A DNA stretch of 64,000 nucleotides, from contig CM022675.1 of assembly GCA_012295275.1 (NCBI GenBank), positions 7,068,001-7,132,000 on the forward strand, given 5' to 3'. The notes under the pieces are model-generated. The model searched no databases, was not told the origin of the DNA, and saw nothing but the letters and a program-made list of their open reading frames with translations. Positions 56,881 to 64,000 of this stretch are shown here, one piece after another (within the stretch, counting starts at the first letter, position 1; each line of letters begins with the position of its first letter). The translations under genes and the position numbers were made by a program. Origin of the DNA: Chrysomallon squamiferum (Eukaryota > Animalia > Mollusca).

Positions 56881-57018
56881 CTGCTGTGTTATTTATTTAT
56901 TTTTTTTTTAAACTTTATTTTCATTAAATAAATTTAAAATGTCATGTCATTCTCAATAAATGTTAAATGAATATATGTAGTTTTACTACATTTTAAAAAT
57001 TATCTAAGATAAGTTATG

Positions 57019-57064
<46 letters not shown>

Positions 57065-57320
57065 ATTTAATATTGTTATTATCTTAGATACTTTTTTATC
57101 ATTGATACATATCTTAGATAATTTTTAATACATGTTTTTAACTATTTGCAGCAGATTTATCTTAATTTTTCAATTAATATTTTAAATTATTTTGCTGTCT
57201 TATAATTTTTCAATTAATATTTTTGAATGTTTCTGCTCTTAGATAATTTCTAAGTTAATGTTTTAATTATTTGCAGGAGTGATAATTTTTAATTTAATAT
57301 TTTAAATTATTTCCAGAAAA

Positions 57321-57499
57321 ATGTCCTATCTGCTACTGTTTTTTGGTGCACAATGGCTGATTCTGAATGGAAAACCAGTGTCGATATGCTTTGAGGGATG
57401 CAGAGTCACCGAACAGGTGTTCAAGTGTAAGCAAATAATGAACAAGGATCTGCCAGAACTAATAACATGTGTGGAACAGCAGCAAGGACCTCTAATTGT
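57321..57499 (+). CDS. uncharacterised type I membrane protein, first coding exon (signal peptide and LRRNT-like cap)
   Basis: ttccag acceptor at 57316, ATG at 57321, gtaagt donor at 57500 (phase 2). Encodes MSYLLLFFGAQWLILNG followed by CFEGCRVTEQVFKC. The other two frames are closed. Confidence 0.7.
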
Positions 57500-57565
57500 G
57501 TAAGTCTTTTAATGTGGAAATCTCGACAAATTAATGAAAATAACCCCAAATTCGTTTTGCTCCAC

Positions 57566-57599
<34 letters not shown>

Positions 57600-57985
57600 A
57601 TGTACATTTTCTCTATCGTTTTTCTGTTTCTGATTATATCTGTTTATCTCAGTTTCTATATCTGGATTTATTTATTTATTTATTTAGATTTATATTTTTT
57701 GTTTTGTCTAGGGCTATCTTTACAGTGTCTTTCTTTCTTTCCCTCTGTCTGTTATATATGTTTTTCTGTCTCTGTTTCAGAGTATCTCTTCCTTCCTCTC
57801 TCTCTTTCTCTCTGTAGTTACTCAAACAGTTATTTGATCAATAACATTAATTATATGTCAATTCAATATTTTTTTCTCTCTTTCTAGAAAATCTTTCTTT
57901 CTGTGTAGTTACTCAAATAGTCATTTGATCAATATCATTAATTCTGAATTTCTCTCTATATTTACTAAAATGTTCTGTTTTTCTG

Positions 57986-57988
<3 letters not shown>

Positions 57989-58081
<93 letters not shown>

Positions 58082-58086
58082 TCTCT
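57989..58086. repeat. (CT)n microsatellite upstream of the 58129 acceptor
   Basis: Seen directly in the sequence. Confidence 0.95.
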
Positions 58087-58128
58087 CCACTGTCTCTACA
58101 CACTTTTATTAAAAATCATCAATTTCAG

Positions 58129-58256
58129 TGATATCCGAAAGCATGAGCTCCGTTGTACATGTGAATTTTTGAATTTTGCGGAATCGCTGAGAAAAGAAGA
58201 AGGCTACGTTGTATTTCACGACACCATCTGCAGTTCTATCGTTATTACAAAATGTG
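58129..58256 (+). CDS. uncharacterised type I membrane protein exon (LRRCT-like cap)
   Basis: 128 nt, tttcag/gtaagt, phase 2/1, in frame with the previous exon. Encodes VDIRKHELRCTCEFLNFAESLRKEEGYVVFHDTICSSIVITKC (CxC...C...C). Confidence 0.8.
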
Positions 58257-58650
58257 GTAAGTAGAGTCATTTTTTTTGTTTTCTGTTTGTTATTTCTTGT
58301 TTGTAGCTAATAGTTGTAATAATCGTTTTACATGGAAATAACTTGTTTTTAGAAAACAATATCATTTATTACACAACATTTAATTTTTAATTGTGTTGCT
58401 GGACAAAAAAGAATATTTAGTGACACAAATATAAATCAGATTAAATTTAGTGGTTAAGCAGTTATATTTATTTCCATATGTAAATGACATTAGAGGTTTT
58501 TTTTTATTTATTTATTATTAAATGAACTTCATGTAAAATGTTATGTACATTATAAAAGGTTAAGTCACATGAAAGCTACAGTTTTGGATTTATACCGCTA
58601 TGTATTAAAAACCCCCATTAATTACATAATAATGATAATAATAATAATAA

Positions 58651-58681
<31 letters not shown>

Positions 58682-58785
58682 ATTATTAAATAAATTAAGA
58701 AAACAATCACAGTCTGTTATATAATATAAATAGTAATATTACCTCATGGATGATTATGGTAACTGTTTCACTGCTGTTAATGTAG

Positions 58786-59049
58786 GCATAAACCCAGTCA
58801 CTAAACTTCGATCCATACAAGGCAAGCCAGTTTATGCTGTATTTGGTGGTCGTGTTTTTGATGTGACTGCCTTCGATTTCGAGAACCAGCTTAGCAAGAT
58901 GGACAGAGAACAAAGAAAAATTATCAAGTCTCTGAAAAGCCTAAAAGTTAAGAAAAAATATGAGCTGCATCGAGAAAACGTCATCGAAAGGGCAGTCTTG
59001 GACGCTGATTCACTGTCCGAGCAAGCTGGAGTTTCTATGCTGGACGCTG
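58786..59049 (+). CDS. uncharacterised type I membrane protein exon (extracellular stalk; symmetrical, so possibly skippable)
   Basis: 264 nt, phase 1/1, tgtag acceptor and gtcagt donor inside track ORF 58746..59057. Encodes GINPVTKLRSIQGKPVYAVFGGRVFDVT...GVSMLDA. Confidence 0.7.
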
Positions 59050-59808
59050 GTCAGTGATTGAACTATTATACTTTTAAAGTTTATGCCTTTCACTCTATAC
59101 TTTATAATTTTCTAATTATAATAATGATTGTGACAAAAATGTTATTTTCGTTATGATTTTTGTTTTTCTGTTGTTATTATTAACAGTTTGTTTTTATTTT
59201 TATTATTATTATTATTGTTTTCAAAATTACTATTATTACTGTTATTTTAACTTTTATTATTAATATCGTTACTGATATAAATATTTTGAAATACTGTTAG
59301 TAGTAATAGTAGTGACAGTAGTATAGTAGTAATAGTAGTACTGATGCAGTTGTAATTGTACTATATATATTATAGTCGATCATTTTTAAGCATTTCAGCA
59401 CAACTACATGAAACATGAAACAATTATATTTAATAATATTACAAATAACCTCCTGATCATCTCTTACAAGAATATAATTATATTTTATGCATTACTAATT
59501 TTTAAAATGAATCTTTTGAATTTTTTCACCTTGTGAAAACATTTATAGACAGATTAAGATATTGAAAATTTATAACAAAACAAAATAGATTAAAAAATAT
59601 GGACAGTTTATTACTTTGAAACATAAGGACTTTCACAGTTTCTTTTTCAGAAATGCTATATCTTCTTTTTTTTAACTTTTTTTTTGTTACACTTTCTAAT
59701 TTCTGTTCATCCTTTTTTATGGATTTATAAATTGCATCAAAGATAAAATATATATATATATATATTATTTTTTAAAAACCAATTTATTTCTTTTTAACGT
59801 TTAAACAG

Positions 59809-59849
59809 TTGAAGATGATCCTGAGGAAAAGTTTGAACATAACACTGAT
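59809..59849 (+). CDS. uncharacterised type I membrane protein small exon
   Basis: 41 nt, aaacag/gtatgt, phase 1/0, exactly bridging the phases of its neighbours. Encodes VEDDPEEKFEHNTD. Confidence 0.7.
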
Positions 59850-60344
59850 GTATGTAATACAGATTATTATGTCATGTGATGTGTGTGACCCTGGATGTCA
59901 CATTAGGGATTAACTCATAATGTAGCTGAAAAAACACAATCCATGCACTATTTGTTGTTTTGGGCATTTGAAAGAAAAGGCTACATAAATACCTATCACG
60001 TAAATTATAACCCCAACAAAATTGTAAATGTATAGTGCCAAAGATGCTTTTGAAGGACATTTTCAAAACTGAGATTGAAGAAATTAAGCACATTTGCCAG
60101 TATTTGATTGGGCATATCTTTGCAAATATATGAACTACTGAAATGTGACCAGCATCAAAAGGATTCAAATGATTTGAGGAATGTGAATATTTATATATCC
60201 TGTTGCTGCCAAAATGTGACTTAATACCAGTGTTGATGTACAGTGTCACATATATCATATACAGTACACCTATTTAGGCACACATATTTTTCTGCTTGTT
60301 AGCTTAAAAAATGAAAAATTAAACTAATTGAAAGAATGTTATTT

Positions 60345-60615
60345 ACTTAATTTTATTTATCATATGAAGAGATTTAATTTTGCTTGTCATAAAGAGAAAG
60401 TTAATATTGTTTATCTTAAAAAAAAATAAAAAAATGTATTTATCATAAAAAGAAACTTAATTTTGTTTATCTTGAAAAAGAAACTTAATTTTGTTAATCA
60501 GAAAAAGAAACTTAATTTTCATTTATCATTAAAAAAAAAACACCTTATTTTTGTTTATCAGAAAGAAACAGGTTTTTTTGTTTGTCAAAAAGAGAAAGTT
60601 ATTTTTGTTTATCTA
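60345..60615. repeat. degenerate ~28-30-bp minisatellite upstream of the TM-exon acceptor
   Basis: The unit aaacttaattttgtttatc...aaaag is repeated about 9 times. Confidence 0.7.
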
Positions 60616-60633
60616 ATATGTACATCTTTCCAG

Positions 60634-60729
60634 GAAGAATCGTATACAATGTTAGAAAAAGAAATATTTTTCTTCATTTGTTTCCATGCTGCAGTAATGA
60701 CACTTTTAATAGCTCTGCTTATAAGCAAG
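60634..60729 (+). CDS. uncharacterised type I membrane protein transmembrane exon
   Basis: 96 nt, ttccag/gtaaat, phase 0/0. Encodes EESYTMLEKE-IFFFICFHAAVMTLLIALLI-SK (20-aa hydrophobic helix). Confidence 0.8.
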
Positions 60730-61248
60730 GTAAATATCTAATTACCATACCAAGCTTTATTAGTGCATTGTATCAAAGATAATATATAACTCACACAAAA
60801 GCCAACCTCGTGGCATTGTTCTGAAGATTGTATAAAACCTATTGAAGAAAATTATCATAAAATGTGAAGTTAATACTGTAAAGACTGCATTGAATTGCAG
60901 TATCGAGAAAATATAAGTAAAATATAGTTTGTTTTGAAAATTATGTCAAACCCAGGTAATAATTATTTCAAGCATCATTATTTTATTGATTTTCAAAGTC
61001 ATAAGAAAATGAAAATTAAAATCAGTTTGATTTTGATGAAGGATTTCACAGAGATGACTGTTTTATTAATAGAATTCTTTTTAATTTAAATTTTAAATTT
61101 TTAAAATTTTTTTTTATAAATATTAAGGCTAACTATACTGTGTAGCTATAAATGGAAATAAATTTAAAAAATGTCTTAAATAGTATTTAGGCTATTTATG
61201 TTACGTAGTCTGAAATGGATAGTTTAAGTCTTGTTTATTAGATTCTTC

Positions 61249-61280
<32 letters not shown>

Positions 61281-61291
61281 TTAAATTTCAG

Positions 61292-64000
61292 AGTCATCAA
61301 AACAGGGTAGCTGCCAAATACATAGAAGAAATAAACAAGAAACTTCAAGGCGCAGGCCAGTTCTCTTCAGAGCCCAAGCATGAGTATTATCAACGTGAGC
61401 CTAGTGTAGAAGAGGACAGTATACGTGAGGATAGCATACATGAGAGTGGCATGCATGAGGATAATAGGCGAGAGAGTGCAATGCATCCAGGTAGTATGTA
61501 TGAGGATAATAGGTGTGAGACTGCAGATCATCCAGGTAGTAGGCGAGAGAGTGCAATGTATCCAGGCAGTATGCATGAGGGAAGTAGGCGAGAGAGTGCA
61601 ATGTATCCAAGTAGTATGCATGAGGGTAGTAGGCGAGAGAGTGCAATGTATCCAGGTGGTATGCATGAGGGAAGTAGGCGAGAGAGTGCAATGCATCCAG
61701 GTAGTATGTATGATGGAAGTAGACGCGAGAGTGCAATGCATGAAGGTAGTAGGCGAGAGAGTTCAATGTATCCAGGTAGTATGTATGAGGGAAACAGACG
61801 CGAGAGTGCAATGCATGAAGGTAGTAGGCGCGAGAGTGCGATGCATGAAGGTAATAGGCGCGAGAGTGCAATGCATGAAGGTAATAGGCGCGAGAGTGCA
61901 ATGCATCCAGGAGGAACACATGACAAAACAGTCATGTGTGTACAAGAAATGCAACTTGGGATGCCTGGCAAGAAGGAGGATTTCCTGCAAGATTTCATGA
62001 AGCTTAAGAAGCAGACGGTTACCCCGTGTTACAACCTTCCGGACGGAAAGGAAAGTCTGTTAGACGAGAAGTTCATGAAGCTGCCTGACACAAGAAACTT
62101 GAATTACGAGTTCGGTGTCCACAATGTGTACCAGGTGCAGCACGAAACCCAGGGCATGCCGCAGAAGAGCAAAAGCATGATTCACGAAATTCAGAGAAAG
62201 CCGCACGAAACTCAGAGCTTGCCTGTTGAAAAGATTCAAAGTGCGCCGTGCAGAACTCAAAGCATGCCACACAATGCACAATGTGTGTCGCACAAAAGTG
62301 AAAACTTTGACCGAGAAAGTCAAATTTTGGACCTTCGGAAGTCTAAACTGCCGATGCAAAGAACACAGAAGCAGACACAAGAAGCAGATACTCTACTACA
62401 GGAGCTTGATGTGAAGAAATACAGCTCTGCAGAGTCTAATGCCCTATCACAGGAATCAGATGTCAGTTATAAACAAGCAGAAAGAAACTGGAAAGAATAT
62501 AACACACAGTTTCAGGCATTCAGTGTAAATCAGCATGATCCAGATACGAAACAGCAGGAATTAAATATAAAACAGCATGAGCCAAATATGAAAATTCAGG
62601 ATTCAGATACAGTGCAGCTTGAATCAAATATAAGACCATATAAATCAGATACAAAAGCATATCAAATTAAACTGCGTGGATCAAATACAAAATTGTCTGA
62701 AACGGATGTTAAACTGAAGAAATCGTTTACAAAACTGCTGGCATCAGAGGTCAGACACCCTGGATCTAATACCAAAGAGGAAGAATCAAATATCACACAG
62801 AAGGAATCAAATATAAAACAGCATGAATCAGATCCAAAATCAAAGGAACTTAAAACAAAACATTCAAAGACAAATGTTCAAGAAGGAAATGCTAAACTTT
62901 TTGAACCAAACATAAAACTGTTTGACCCAGATGTAAGATTGCAACAGCTTAATGTAATCATGCAGGAGCCACATTTAAAACTGCAAAAGGTTGGTCTCAA
63001 GTTGCGTGAATCCAAAGTGGGGAAAACCAAACCAAATGAATTCAGACTGGAAGACGCTGATGTCAAGCCAATGGAGAGTTCAACTGATGTCAGAGCAGAC
63101 GACAGCAGCACAAGTGTTGAAGGTCTGAAGCTGATGGAACTTCAGAGTGAGCTGACAAAGATTCAGCAGCAGCTGAAGAATCGTTTTGATATAATGGCGC
63201 ACGGCGAGATCCAGCCAATAGATGAGCCCATCCCTGAACGTAAAAAGAGACTCCGCTCAGCAAGACCGACTAAGAGTTCACAAACAGATTTGAAGAAGCC
63301 CAGGCTGGAAGAAGAACTCGACACAATGTGGGGCCCAATTCAGGTGACACCTGGCAGCAATTTTAGATTGAAAAAGCCAAGCAGGATATCGTTCACTTAT
63401 CTGAATGACATGGACATTGATGATCTGTACGCCGAGTCGAATAATTACTTGAAAACAGCATCTGAAGACACAGACCAGCAGGAGAGTGGACTGCCAAAGA
63501 CAAGGAAAGTAAGCTGGCTTCAGCTGACACCAAACAGCAGCTGGGAACAGGCTCCGAATCAGATAAAAGCGTTTGTGCTAGAACCCAAGGATAACGAATT
63601 GGTTCACGTGGATAATTTTCCTGATCCTTATCATATGGCTGGTGCTTATTCGTACGCCTATCCCTTCACTAATGAAAGAACTGCCACTGGTGCGAAGAGT
63701 GGTCTCCAGCACAGGAAAGCTGAACGACGCAGGAAGGAAAAGGCAAAGAGAAACAAGACGCACATGTGCGTGTACCATGCCAAGTCTGACACTGAGGAGA
63801 CTGTGGAATCCCAGTCAGAAGGAGACCCACGGGTGGATTCCCAGAGTGAGGAGCAGGCAGAAGGAGCCGAGTACAAACTAGCACGACCAAAGAGCAGCAA
63901 GATGGTTCAGTTCGTCTTCCTAGGACAGACAGACTCGGAGATGGAAGGCAGGACGGGGACCGAAGAATCAGAATGTGAATACCAGGAGAAGTGCGAAAAA
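61292..64000 (+). CDS. uncharacterised type I membrane protein, giant cytoplasmic exon (RRES repeat array, heptad repeats, RVxF motifs); open to the window end
   Basis: tttcag acceptor at 61290-61291, then 903 codons without a stop (SHQNRVAAKYIEE...ESECEYQEKCEK). Absent from the ORF track because it has no stop in the window. GC content is clearly above intronic background. Confidence 0.88.
61445..61915 (+). repeat. coding tandem repeat built from 15-bp modules (30/45-bp units)
   Basis: aggcgagagagtgca (RRESA) alternates with atgcatgagggtagt (MHEGS) and atgtatccaggtagt (MYPGS). 11 RRES copies plus one degenerate RCET. Confidence 0.95.

Noticed and set aside
58746-59057. Stand-alone nested intronless gene with a cytochrome-b5/MAPR-like motif (GKPVYAVFGGRVFDVT)
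   Set aside because: The resemblance covers only ~16 aa and lacks the downstream b5/MAPR motifs (HPGG or YGxFAG). The ORF is better explained as a phase 1/1 internal exon (58786-59049) of the membrane-protein gene.
61445-61915. Reflectin-like Met/Tyr/Arg-rich repeat
   Set aside because: It lacks the reflectin MDx5MDx5MD motif, and it lies in the cytoplasmic tail of a transmembrane protein.
61367-62000. Multiple overlapping ORFs on both strands (MHCTLSPT..., YYLHALHS..., ERVQCIQVVCM...)
   Set aside because: These are alternative-frame readings of the coding tandem repeat. Only the frame starting at 61292 is continuous with the splice acceptor and stays open for 2.7 kb.

Overview
This is AT-rich, microsatellite-dense animal genomic DNA with spliceosomal GT-AG introns. 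It looks invertebrate, possibly molluscan, but the taxon cannot be proven from sequence alone. There are no prokaryotic features, rRNA, tRNA or CRISPR. Three spliced protein-coding genes can be reconstructed by hand. (1) GULP1/ced-6 (PTB engulfment adaptor), minus strand, with coding exons from 8912 down to 1595. Its 3' end runs off the left edge, and a ~30 kb 5' region probably starts near 39.2 kb. (2) SH3BP5L/parcas-type Rab11 GEF, plus strand, 40180-49379: 7 constitutive exons (833 aa) plus an in-frame 66-nt cassette exon. It lies head-to-head with GULP1 across a ~1 kb CpG-enriched promoter. (3) An unrecognised single-pass type I membrane protein, 57321 to beyond 64000, largely missed by the ORF track. 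It has a signal peptide, a minimal LRRNT/LRR/LRRCT-like ectodomain, one TM helix and a cytoplasmic tail of more than 900 aa. The tail carries 11 tandem RRES (PKA-consensus) sites, a heptad repeat and three RVxF-type PP1-docking motifs. This is the most interesting item in the window. Also present: a candidate 15-nt PTB microexon, a ~220-bp intronic palindrome, a Harbinger-like MITE, and several minisatellites that tend to abut splice sites. Exon coordinates were counted manually.
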